Part shown: positions 15,452 to 23,997 of the stretch, piece by piece
Layout: every line of letters begins with the position of its first letter
Position numbering within the stretch: the first letter of the stretch is position 1
Assembly: GCF_000022265.1 (NCBI RefSeq)
Contig: NC_011979.1
Span: 2,070,001-2,102,000, forward strand
Reading direction: 5' to 3'
DNA: 32,000 bases
Source: Geotalea daltonii FRC-32
Lineage (GTDB): Bacteria; Desulfobacterota; Desulfuromonadia; Geobacterales; Geobacteraceae
Made by a program: the position numbers and the translations under genes
The notes under the pieces: model-generated
What the model was told of the DNA's origin: nothing
The model's input: only the letters and a program-made list of their open reading frames with translations
Databases searched by the model: none

Positions 15452-17518
15452 ATGAAGCTTTCAAGAGCCCTTGGGCCGTTTTGCAAAATTCTCTTTTTCC
15501 TTGCCTGCGCCAGTTCTGCCATGGCCACCGATGTTTCTCCATCGGGACCGGTGCGTATTTCTGCCGACAGCCTTTCCTATGCTGAAAGGAGTTCGTCTTT
15601 TCAGGCCGAAGGCAATGTGCGTATCAGGTATGACGGCGTCACACTTCTGTCGGACAGCGCCGTTTTCAGTGAAGAAGAGGGCGAAGCCATTGCCGAAGGC
15701 AACGTTGTCCTGGAAAAAGGGGAAGATACACTCCATGGTGACCGGGTCAGGCTGAATACGGTGACGGAGCAGGGAGAGGTGGCAAATGGCTATCTTTTTC
15801 TGAAGAAGCCTAATTTCCATATTCGTAGCGGCCTGATGAGCAAGGTGGGCACCGATGACTACCACATGGAGCGGGGTGCCTTCACCACCTGTGACGGCGA
15901 TTCTCCCAGTTGGCATTTTACCGCCAGGAATCTGGATCTTACTCTGGAAGAATATGCGACCGGCAGCGATGTGCTTTTTTACGTGAAGGATGTTCCCCTC
16001 TTCTATCTTCCCTATTTTATTTTCCCCGTTAAAACCGAACGGCAGTCAGGATTTCTCTTTCCGCGCCTCGGCAATTCTACGAAAAAAGGATTTTATCTGG
16101 ACATTCCCTTTTACTGGGCCATCACCCCGAGCCAGGATGCCACCCTCAATCTGGACATCCAAACCAAACGCGGGGTGGGTACCGGTATCGATTACCGCTA
16201 CATGGCCAAGGGGGGAAGCGAAGGGTCAATTGCCGGCTACGGCATTTACGATACCTCCCAGTCAAGATTCCGCGGCGATATCCTTCAGCGGCATGTGGAT
16301 GCCACTGCCGGTAGCCTCACCTTCAGGTCTGACATCAATCTGGTGAGTGACCGGGACTTTTACCGGGACTTTACCAACGATGCCGGGGAATATAACCGCC
16401 AGTACCTGGATTCAAGGGCGGCCTTGACAAAGCATTGGCAGGACCAGGTACTGAACGCGGAATTGGGCTATGTGCAAAACGTCGACATCGGCAGCAGCGA
16501 CAAAACGACCCTGCAGAGGCTTCCCTCTGTTTCCTTTACGGCTGTCCGGCGCAAGATCGGCGACAGCCCCTTTTTCTTTTCACTGGATTCAAGCGCCGTA
16601 AATTTTTACCGCCCACAGGGAATTGAAGGGCAGCGCTTTACCGTGCACCCCACGGTTACCTCGTATTTTCAAGCGGGTTTCCTCGATCTATCGGCTTCTG
16701 CAGGCTACAGCCAGCGTCTTTACAATGCCTACGGCGGCGATTCGGGTAATGGTACCCATGGCGAAGGCGTTGCCGATGCCGGGCTGACCGTATCGAGCCG
16801 CTTCGCCAGGATATTCGATACCCGGATGCTGTCGATGCCCAAGGTGCGCCATCTGCTGATACCGGAGGTTGCCTATTCTTTCGTTCAGGAACGCAATCAG
16901 GATGAACTTCCCTTTTTCGACTATGACGACCGGATGCTGGGGCAGAATCTGGTCACCCTTTCATTGGCCAACTATGTCACCGGAAAATTCACCCAGGCCG
17001 ACGGGTCTTCCCTTTATCGGGAAATCATGTTTTTGCGGCTGAGCCAAGGATACCAGGCTACCGGTTCCCGCCGCGACCTGCTGACCTTGGTGGACGAAGG
17101 GAGGTCGCTGACCGATCTCAGGATCCAGTCACGGCTGTCGCCCATGAACGGGCTGTCATTGGACCTTGACAGCCGTTTCAACACCTACCGGGGAAGCTTT
17201 TCCTCGACCATCCTTGCTGCCGGATACGATGGGGAAAACGGCAACAGGTTCGGGGTCGGCTATCGCTTTACCAGGGACTCGCTGGAGTACCTGGAAGGTA
17301 CACTCGGCGTTGGTCTTGTAAAACCCTTTGTTTTCAATTACACTGGCCGCTATTCTTTCGACAAGGGTGATTTTCTTGAGTCTATCTACGCACTTGAATA
17401 CAAGCATCAGTGCTGGGGAGTGACCTTGTCCTATCGTGACCGGCCGGATAATCGGGAATTCATGCTGACCTTCACCCTGGCCGGGGTGGGTGCCGTCGGT
17501 CCCCTGAAGACTTTCTAA
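15452..17518 (+). CDS. lptD: LPS-assembly outer-membrane protein LptD
   Basis: 688 aa. Signal peptide, OstA-like N-terminal domain (ISADSLSY...AEGNVRIRYDGVTLLSDSAVF...AEGNVVLEKGEDTLHGDRV), and a large C-terminal beta-barrel region. Confidence 0.85.
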   Translation: MKLSRALGPFCKILFFLACASSAMATDVSPSGPVRISADSLSYAERSSSFQAEGNVRIRYDGVTLLSDSAVFSEEEGEAIAEGNVVLEKGEDTLHGDRVRLNTVTEQGEVANGYLFLKKPNFHIRSGLMSKVGTDDYHMERGAFTTCDGDSPSWHFTARNLDLTLEEYATGSDVLFYVKDVPLFYLPYFIFPVKTERQSGFLFPRLGNSTKKGFYLDIPFYWAITPSQDATLNLDIQTKRGVGTGIDYRYMAKGGSEGSIAGYGIYDTSQSRFRGDILQRHVDATAGSLTFRSDINLVSDRDFYRDFTNDAGEYNRQYLDSRAALTKHWQDQVLNAELGYVQNVDIGSSDKTTLQRLPSVSFTAVRRKIGDSPFFFSLDSSAVNFYRPQGIEGQRFTVHPTVTSYFQAGFLDLSASAGYSQRLYNAYGGDSGNGTHGEGVADAGLTVSSRFARIFDTRMLSMPKVRHLLIPEVAYSFVQERNQDELPFFDYDDRMLGQNLVTLSLANYVTGKFTQADGSSLYREIMFLRLSQGYQATGSRRDLLTLVDEGRSLTDLRIQSRLSPMNGLSLDLDSRFNTYRGSFSSTILAAGYDGENGNRFGVGYRFTRDSLEYLEGTLGVGLVKPFVFNYTGRYSFDKGDFLESIYALEYKHQCWGVTLSYRDRPDNREFMLTFTLAGVGAVGPLKTF

Positions 17519-17563
17519 AGCTTCGCACAATTTATAAATACTCAGCAGGGTGAGACAGGAGGA

Positions 17564-18643
17564 ATGATGTCGGAAAACTTTAAACCGCGTGCCGTTCTCG
17601 TCACCGGTGGCGCCGGGTTCATCGGCTCGAACTTCATCAACAGCTTTATGCCGGCCAATCCCGGTTGTCGGATCATCAATCTGGATCTTCTCACCTATGC
17701 GGGAAACCTGGAAAACCTGAAAGAGGTGGAAAATAACCACTGCTACCGCTTTGTCAAGGGCGATATCTGCGATGCTTCTCTGGTGGCAAGGTTGCTTGTA
17801 GAGGAAAAAATAGATGCGGTGGTGCACTTTGCCGCCGAATCCCATGTGGATCGTTCCATCACCGGTCCGGAAGTCTTCGTCCGCACCAACGTCCTGGGCA
17901 CACAGGTGCTCCTGGAAGAGAGCCGCAAGCACTGGCAGGCCAAGGTCGTGCCGCAGTTTCGCTATCTTCAGGTCTCCACCGACGAGGTCTACGGTTCACT
18001 GGGAGATACCGGTTTTTTTACCGAGGAAACTCCCCTTGCCCCCAACTCTCCCTATTCGGCCAGCAAGACCGGTGCAGACCTCCTGGTCCGCGCTTACCAC
18101 GAGACCTACGGTTTTCCTACCCTCAATACCCGCTGTTCAAATAATTACGGACCATGTCATTTCCCCGAGAAGCTGATACCCCTCATGATCCACAACATCA
18201 TGAACAGAAAGCCGCTCCCCGTCTACGGCGATGGCCTCAATGTGCGGGATTGGCTCCATGTGAAGGACCACTCCATCGCCATCGAGACAGTACTGAAAAC
18301 CGGCCGGCTCGGCCAGGTCTACAATATTGGCGGCAACAACGAATGGAAGAACATCGACATCGTCAACCTGGTCTGCGACCTGCTTGATGGCAGGCTCGGG
18401 CGTGCAGAAGGGGAAAACCGGCAGCTCATTACCTTCGTCAAGGACCGCCCCGGCCATGACCGCCGTTATGCCATCGACGCATCGAAAATGCGTCGGGAAC
18501 TGGGGTGGGAACCATCCTATACCTTCGAGCGCGGCATTGCCGAGACCATCGACTGGTATCTGGCTAATCAGGACTGGGTCGAAGAGGTGACCTCCGGCGC
18601 TTATCGCGACTACTATGAAAAGATGTACGGGGGACGCGGATGA
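17564..18643 (+). CDS. rfbB: dTDP-glucose 4,6-dehydratase
   Basis: VTGGAGFIGSNF Rossmann motif, YSASKTGADLL catalytic YxxxK, and a C-terminal ...RPGHDRRYAIDASK signature. AGGAGG upstream favours the second ATG at 17567. Confidence 0.95.
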   Translation: MMSENFKPRAVLVTGGAGFIGSNFINSFMPANPGCRIINLDLLTYAGNLENLKEVENNHCYRFVKGDICDASLVARLLVEEKIDAVVHFAAESHVDRSITGPEVFVRTNVLGTQVLLEESRKHWQAKVVPQFRYLQVSTDEVYGSLGDTGFFTEETPLAPNSPYSASKTGADLLVRAYHETYGFPTLNTRCSNNYGPCHFPEKLIPLMIHNIMNRKPLPVYGDGLNVRDWLHVKDHSIAIETVLKTGRLGQVYNIGGNNEWKNIDIVNLVCDLLDGRLGRAEGENRQLITFVKDRPGHDRRYAIDASKMRRELGWEPSYTFERGIAETIDWYLANQDWVEEVTSGAYRDYYEKMYGGRG

Positions 18644-19470
18644 TACTCATTGTCGGTGCAAAAGGGATGCTGGGCCAGGATCTGATGGCGCTATTCGGTC
18701 CTGGGGCCCGTGGCGTGGACCTGGAAGATATCGATATCACGTCACTGGAATCGGTGCAGAAGGTTCTTTTTACCATCAGGCCACGGGTTGTGATAAATGC
18801 CGCAGCCTACACGGATGTGGACGGCTGTGAAACGAACCAGGAACCGGCCATGCAGGTAAATGGCGAAGGGGTCGCCCATTTAGCCCTGGCCACCAGCGAG
18901 ATCGGCGCCAAACTGGTGCAGGTGAGTACCGACTATGTTTTTGACGGCGGTAAGGGGAGTCCTTATCTGGAGGATGAACCGACTGCGCCCCTGAGCGTCT
19001 ATGGCGAATCAAAGCTGGCAGGGGAAATGAATGCCCGCTTCAACCCCGACCACGTTATCGTCAGGACCCAGTGGCTGTATGGCATAAACGGCAAGAACTT
19101 TGTCGAAACCATGTTGCGCCTGGCTACGGAGAAAAGGGAACTGGCGGTGGTCGATGACCAGATCGGTTCTCCAACCTGGACTGTCGATCTGGCCTTGGCC
19201 ATCAAGGCGCTCGTCGAAAAAGATTGTCGTGGCATCTACCATGCGGCCAACGCCGGTTTCTGTTCCTGGAATGAATTTGCCCGCGCCATTTTTGCTGAGT
19301 CGGGCCTGGATGTCACTGTCAATCCCATGTCGACCAAGGATCTCGGACGACCGGCGCCGCGGCCGCTTTATTCCACCCTGGACTGCGGCAAGCTGACCCG
19401 TGACACCGGATTTCAGCCACAGCCGTGGCGAGAGGCGCTGAAGCATTATCTGAAACTGAGGAGGCTGTGA
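18640..19470 (+). CDS. rfbD: dTDP-4-dehydrorhamnose reductase
   Basis: 276 aa. ATGA overlap with rfb[10 protein letters not shown] YxxxK motif and colinearity with RfbD/RmlD. Confidence 0.9.
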   Translation: MILIVGAKGMLGQDLMALFGPGARGVDLEDIDITSLESVQKVLFTIRPRVVINAAAYTDVDGCETNQEPAMQVNGEGVAHLALATSEIGAKLVQVSTDYVFDGGKGSPYLEDEPTAPLSVYGESKLAGEMNARFNPDHVIVRTQWLYGINGKNFVETMLRLATEKRELAVVDDQIGSPTWTVDLALAIKALVEKDCRGIYHAANAGFCSWNEFARAIFAESGLDVTVNPMSTKDLGRPAPRPLYSTLDCGKLTRDTGFQPQPWREALKHYLKLRRL

Positions 19471-19835
19471 TGGAGCATGGCGAAAGACCTTGGGGAACCT
19501 ACACCGTCCTTGAGGAAAACAAAAGCTACAAAATCAAGAGGATCGAGGTCAAGCCCGGCCAGCGCCTTTCCCTGCAGATGCACCATCACCGTAGCGAACA
19601 CTGGATTGTCGTTTCGGGAACGGCAAAAATAACCTGCAACGACCGGGAACAGATCGTCAATATCAACGAATCCACCTTCATCCCCATGGGGGCAACCCAT
19701 CGCCTGGAAAATCCCGGTTTGATACCATTGACCATTATTGAGGTCCAAAGTGGTGAATACCTTGGGGAGGATGATATCGTCCGCTTTCAAGATGATTATC
19801 ACCGGGTGGATAATGGGGAAGAAACACTCCCCTGA
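19470..19835 (+). CDS. Stand-alone cupin, mannose-6-phosphate isomerase type II C-terminal-domain homolog
   Basis: [11 protein letters not shown]...[35 protein letters not shown] matches the PMI cupin of bifunctional ManC/AlgA-type enzymes. ATG 19470 overlaps the rfbD TGA by 1 nt, with GAGGAGG upstream (the ORF track start 19425 is probably too early). Confidence 0.8.
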   Translation: MEHGERPWGTYTVLEENKSYKIKRIEVKPGQRLSLQMHHHRSEHWIVVSGTAKITCNDREQIVNINESTFIPMGATHRLENPGLIPLTIIEVQSGEYLGEDDIVRFQDDYHRVDNGEETLP

Positions 19836-19871
19836 TCTTCTGCTGCGTCCTACCAACCAAAGGAATCCCTG

Positions 19872-21014
19872 GTGAAGAAACGTCTAAACATGCTGCGCGA
19901 ATTTTCGGTACCGCTTCTGGCCGGGGTCGTCACAGCCCTTTTCTGGATCAACCTCGACCCGCATGGCTATCACTCTTTTGTTCACTCCCCGTCCATTGCT
20001 GGGCTCAGTTTCCATTTCATCACCAATGATCTGTTCATGGTGCTGTTCTTTGCCATTGCAGCAGTGGAAATAACCCAGAGTTTTCATCCCGGGGGAGATC
20101 TCAACCCGCTGAAGAAGGCATTGAATCCGCTGTTTGCCACCGTTGGCGGTGTTACAGGTCCGATCATCGCTTACTTCTGCATCAATTTTCTGATTGGCAC
20201 TCCCGCGCTACGCCATGGATGGGGAATTCCCACGGCGACCGATATTGCCTTCGCCTGGCTTGCCGCCCGCCTCGTTTTCGGCAAAAACCATCCGGTTGTT
20301 TCCTTTCTGCTGCTCTTAGCCGTTGCCGACGATGCCATCGGCTTGGCCATCATCGCTATATTTTATCCAGATCCACACCTGCCTGCCGCACCCCACTGGC
20401 TGCTGCTGACTGCAGGTGGGGTGTTGGCGTCGCTTGCCTTGCGCTGGGCCAAAATCAGGAATTACTGGCCCTATATCATTATCGGCGGCGGACTGAGCTG
20501 GGCCGGGCTGTTCAATGCCCATCTGCATCCTGCTCTGGCACTGGTCTTCATCATTCCGCTGTTACCCCACGCGGCACGGGAAAGAAAGCATATTTTCGAA
20601 GAGGATCCGGATGATCTGTCCACCCTCGCCAGGTTTGAACATGATTGGAAAGTGTTCGTCGATCTGGGGCTGTTCATGTTCGGCCTGGCCAATGCCGGAG
20701 TGGAATTTACCGCCGTTGGACCAGCCACCTGGATTGTCCTGTTTTCCCTCATTGTCGGTAAAACCCTGGGAATTTTCGCTTTCGGAACGATCGCGGAGCT
20801 ATTCGGCTACCAGCTCCCCAAGGGGATGGGGCGGCGGGAGTTGTTTCTGGCCGGGGTCATTGCCGGGATCGGCTTTACCGTTGCGCTTTTCGTCGCCGGG
20901 GAGGCTTTCGTCGAGCCTGGTGCACAGGGTGCTGCAAAAATGGGTGCCATGTTAAGCATTCTTGCCGCGCCTTTGGCCCTGTTACTGTCAAAGCTTTCAA
21001 AGCCCTCCAGATAG
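19872..21014 (+). CDS. nhaA: Na+/H+ antiporter NhaA
   Basis: Colinear with E. coli NhaA, including GIPTATDIAFA and the LAVADDAIGLAIIAIFY (Asp-Asp) motif. Polytopic membrane protein. The start is GTG 19872 or ATG 19890. Confidence 0.9.
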   Translation: MKKRLNMLREFSVPLLAGVVTALFWINLDPHGYHSFVHSPSIAGLSFHFITNDLFMVLFFAIAAVEITQSFHPGGDLNPLKKALNPLFATVGGVTGPIIAYFCINFLIGTPALRHGWGIPTATDIAFAWLAARLVFGKNHPVVSFLLLLAVADDAIGLAIIAIFYPDPHLPAAPHWLLLTAGGVLASLALRWAKIRNYWPYIIIGGGLSWAGLFNAHLHPALALVFIIPLLPHAARERKHIFEEDPDDLSTLARFEHDWKVFVDLGLFMFGLANAGVEFTAVGPATWIVLFSLIVGKTLGIFAFGTIAELFGYQLPKGMGRRELFLAGVIAGIGFTVALFVAGEAFVEPGAQGAAKMGAMLSILAAPLALLLSKLSKPSR

Positions 21015-21024
21015 CCCACTGGGC

Positions 21025-21053
21025 TTGACATATCCTGGACAACAACCTAGACT
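21025..21053 (+). promoter_or_regulatory. sigma70-like promoter candidate (TTGACA-N17-TAGACT) upstream of manC
   Basis: A perfect TTGACA at 21025-21030, a 17-nt spacer, then TAGACT at 21048-21053. Confidence 0.4.
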
Positions 21054-21099
21054 TTGCAGCGTCATCAGCGATAAGAATTTCCCTTTCAGGAGATGCCAA

Positions 21100-22176
21100 A
21101 TGTACATAGTGATCCTCGCCGGCGGATCCGGCACCCGCTTCTGGCCCCTTTCTCGCAAAAAAACTCCGAAACAGCTCATGTCGGTCTTCGGTGGCAAATC
21201 AATGCTGCAACGGACCTTGGAACGTGTCCTGCCGTTGAAGCCGAAAAGAGTATTGATTGTGACCAACGCCATGCAGGCTGAGGAGACCACCCGGCAGTTG
21301 GAATATGTAAAAGGGGTTCCTGTGGATATCATTGCCGAACCGGTTGCACGCAATACTGCCCCCGCCATCGGCCTGGCTGCATCCATCATCGCCTATCACG
21401 ATCCTGACGGGGTGATGGCGGTCCTACCGGCAGACCATTACATCTCCGAGGAGGACGGATTCTGCCGGGTTATCACCCAGGGCAGAAATGCGGCCATCAA
21501 TGGCTATCTGGTAACCCTTGGTATCACCCCCACCAGGCCTGAGACCGGCTATGGTTATATCGAAGCAGACAATGCATTTCGGCAGCACGGTCCGTTTCCG
21601 GTCAAACGATTCGTTGAGAAGCCGAACCGGGAGAAGGCGCTGGAATTTCTCACCGCAGGAAATTTCTTCTGGAACAGCGGCATGTTCATCTGGAAGGCCT
21701 GCACCATACTCGATGGCATCAGTCGCTACATGCCTCCGCTGGCCGTTTCATTGTCAAAACTGGTTTTTTCGGAGAGCGTCTGGGAGCTCAGAGACCTTAA
21801 GCCGCAGATCGAAGCAATCTACGGGGAGATCGGGGGAGAATCCATTGACTTCGGCGTTATGGAAAAGGCGGACAATGTCCAGGTAATTCCGGCTGACTTC
21901 GGCTGGAGCGATGTGGGAAGCTGGAGCGCCATTCCGGAAGTTGCCGATGCCGATGATCTCGGCCACGTGGCCATCAACGCCAAAGAGGTGATCTCCGTCG
22001 ATGCCGGCGATTGTCTCGTCTATGGCGACAACCGATTGGTGGCCCTGGTCGGAGTCAAGGACCTGATCGTCGTCAATACCCCTGATGCCCTGCTTGTCTG
22101 CCCCAAAGAACGCGCCCAGGATGTGAAAAAGGTGGTGGAGGAGCTGGAGCGGCGGGGACTTACGGAATATTTATAG
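21100..22176 (+). CDS. manC: Mannose-1-phosphate guanylyltransferase (GDP-mannose pyrophosphorylase), nucleotidyltransferase-only form
   Basis: MYIVILAGGSGTRFWPLSR... is the typical N-terminus. CAGGAG Shine-Dalgarno sequence upstream of ATG 21100. The ORF-track start at 20962 overlaps nhaA and is rejected. There is no C-terminal PMI cupin. Confidence 0.9.
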   Translation: MYIVILAGGSGTRFWPLSRKKTPKQLMSVFGGKSMLQRTLERVLPLKPKRVLIVTNAMQAEETTRQLEYVKGVPVDIIAEPVARNTAPAIGLAASIIAYHDPDGVMAVLPADHYISEEDGFCRVITQGRNAAINGYLVTLGITPTRPETGYGYIEADNAFRQHGPFPVKRFVEKPNREKALEFLTAGNFFWNSGMFIWKACTILDGISRYMPPLAVSLSKLVFSESVWELRDLKPQIEAIYGEIGGESIDFGVMEKADNVQVIPADFGWSDVGSWSAIPEVADADDLGHVAINAKEVISVDAGDCLVYGDNRLVALVGVKDLIVVNTPDALLVCPKERAQDVKKVVEELERRGLTEYL

Positions 22177-22246
22177 TTCGACGTTCGAAGTTCGGGGTTC
22201 GACGTTGCCTATTGTTACCTCGAACTTCGAACTGCGAACTTCGAAC
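22176..22246. repeat. Large imperfect inverted repeat built from GTTCGAN heptamers
   Basis: Left arm 22176-22202 is GTTCGAC GTTCGAA GTTCGGG GTTCGA. Right arm 22220-22246 is TCGAACT TCGAACT GCGAACT TCGAAC. 23 of 27 positions are complementary, with a 17-nt loop. It starts on the G of the manC TAG stop and ends 5 nt before the aor ATG. No T-tract follows. Confidence 0.85.
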
Positions 22247-22251
22247 GGGTT

Positions 22252-23997
22252 ATGTATATGTTTGGTTGGACCGGAAAAATTTTAAAAGTAGACTTGACCA
22301 GTGGCCGTTGCTGGCGTGAAGATATCTCTCTGGAACTGCTCCATTCCTATCTGGGTGGGCGGGGGCTGGGGGTGCGGTTGATGCGGGATCACTTTCACCT
22401 GGATCCGTTTGACCCGCAGATGCCGTTGATCTTTGCCGTTGGGCCACTGTGCGGCACCTCTGCCCCCACGGCGGCAAGACTGGCTGTCGTCTCCCGGTCG
22501 CCTCTTACCGGCACCATTTATGATTGTTCGGCTGGAGGACGCTTTGCCTGGCGCTTCAAGGCCGCAGGGATCGATGCCTTGTTCATAACGGGCCAGAGCA
22601 GCCAGCCGGTAGTGCTTTCCATTGCTGACGAGAAGGTTGAGCTTCGGGCTGCTGACCACCTTTGGGGGCAGACGGTTCATCAAGCCATGTCTGCGCTGGG
22701 GGCAGGAGGCAGCACTGCCTGTATCGGCCCGGCCGGAGAGAATGGCGTCCTTTATGCCAACATCATGATGGGGGAAGGGAATTCAGTCGGCCGAGGCGGC
22801 CTCGGGGCAGTGATGGGCAAAAAGCGGCTGAAGGGTATTGTCGTAGAGGGCAGTAAATCTACTGCGGTCTTTGATCAGGCCCGTTTCGACCACGCCCGCC
22901 AGGATGTGATGCGCCTTTTTCGAGCTTCTCCGGTCATCTTCGGCGAACTGGGCATTGGTGAATACGGCACTCCGGCCCTCGTGGACCTGATGCGCCAGCG
23001 GCGCATGGCTCCAACCGAAAACTTCAGCAAGACCTTTTTTGCCGAATCGGGGAACTATTCAGGACCTGCCATCCGCAAAGCTTGTGCCGCAAAAAAGGAC
23101 GGCTGCTATGGCTGCCCTATCCAGTGCAAGAAGAGCACTCCGAACGGGGAGCATCTTCCCGAGTACGAAACGGTTTCCCATTTTGGCGGTCTAAATGGCA
23201 TTGCCGATCTCCACGCCATCGTCAAGGCAAATACCCTCTGCAACGAGCTGGGTCTGGATACCATAACCGCTGCTGCCACCCTGTCTGCATGGGGAGAGAT
23301 TCGTGGCAGGTTCCCCATAGCAGAGGAAATTCCCCAGCTTCTCCAAGACATTGCCTGCCGATGCCATGACGGGGAACTCCTTTCCTTAGGCTCGCGCCGG
23401 GTGGCAGAAGCACTGGGCCGGCCGGAGTTGTCCATGTCGGTCAAGTCCCTGGAACTGCCGGCCTATGACCCCCGCGGTGCCTACGGCATGGCGCTTGCCT
23501 ACTGCACCAGCAATCGCGGGGGCTGCCATCTGCGCGCCTATCCCATCTCCCACGAAATTCTGAGGAAGCCGGTCCCCACCGACCGCTTCTCCTTCTCGGG
23601 CAAGGCACGGATCATCAAGATCGCCGAAGATACCAATGCTGCTGTCGATTCCCTGGTTGCCTGCAAGTTCTCCTTTTTCGGCGCCACCCTGGAAGAATAC
23701 GCAGAGTTTGTGACCGCCACAACCGGCGTTGAATATACGCCCCAGTCACTGAAGGAAACAGGGGAGCGCATCTATTTGACCGAACGATTCTATAACTGCG
23801 CCAACGGCTTTACCGCAGTGGATGATTTCCTTCCGGACCGGTTCTACAGTGAGCCCGGCTCCAGTGGTGATGGAATCGACATTCATCCGATCGACCGGGA
23901 CCGTTTCCATGGGGAGATGCAGAAATACTACCGGATTCGTGGCCTGACAGAAGACGGGACCTTTGCTGATTCGAATTTTCTGGAGCGTCTGCCTTGA
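22252..23997 (+). CDS. aor: Aldehyde:ferredoxin oxidoreductase family (tungstopterin) enzyme
   Basis: N-terminus MYMFGWTGKILKVDLTSG is typical of the AOR family. Fe-S ligand motif CYGCPIQC, plus a later Cys in NRGGCHLRA. 581 aa. The start is ATG 22252 or 22258. Confidence 0.9.
   Translation: MYMFGWTGKILKVDLTSGRCWREDISLELLHSYLGGRGLGVRLMRDHFHLDPFDPQMPLIFAVGPLCGTSAPTAARLAVVSRSPLTGTIYDCSAGGRFAWRFKAAGIDALFITGQSSQPVVLSIADEKVELRAADHLWGQTVHQAMSALGAGGSTACIGPAGENGVLYANIMMGEGNSVGRGGLGAVMGKKRLKGIVVEGSKSTAVFDQARFDHARQDVMRLFRASPVIFGELGIGEYGTPALVDLMRQRRMAPTENFSKTFFAESGNYSGPAIRKACAAKKDGCYGCPIQCKKSTPNGEHLPEYETVSHFGGLNGIADLHAIVKANTLCNELGLDTITAAATLSAWGEIRGRFPIAEEIPQLLQDIACRCHDGELLSLGSRRVAEALGRPELSMSVKSLELPAYDPRGAYGMALAYCTSNRGGCHLRAYPISHEILRKPVPTDRFSFSGKARIIKIAEDTNAAVDSLVACKFSFFGATLEEYAEFVTATTGVEYTPQSLKETGERIYLTERFYNCANGFTAVDDFLPDRFYSEPGSSGDGIDIHPIDRDRFHGEMQKYYRIRGLTEDGTFADSNFLERLP

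Noticed and set aside
20962-21099. A 5' extension of the manC ORF back to ATG 20962, overlapping the end of nhaA
   Set aside because: The extension encodes Pro/Cys/Ser-rich sequence absent from homologues. The canonical N-terminus MYIVILAGGSGTRFWPLS starts at ATG 21100, with a CAGGAG Shine-Dalgarno sequence upstream.
22176-22246. A CRISPR-like or tandem-repeat array
   Set aside because: The repeats are 7-nt units arranged as one inverted pair with a single 17-nt loop. There are no spacer-repeat alternations and no cas genes. The element is treated as a hairpin or operator instead.
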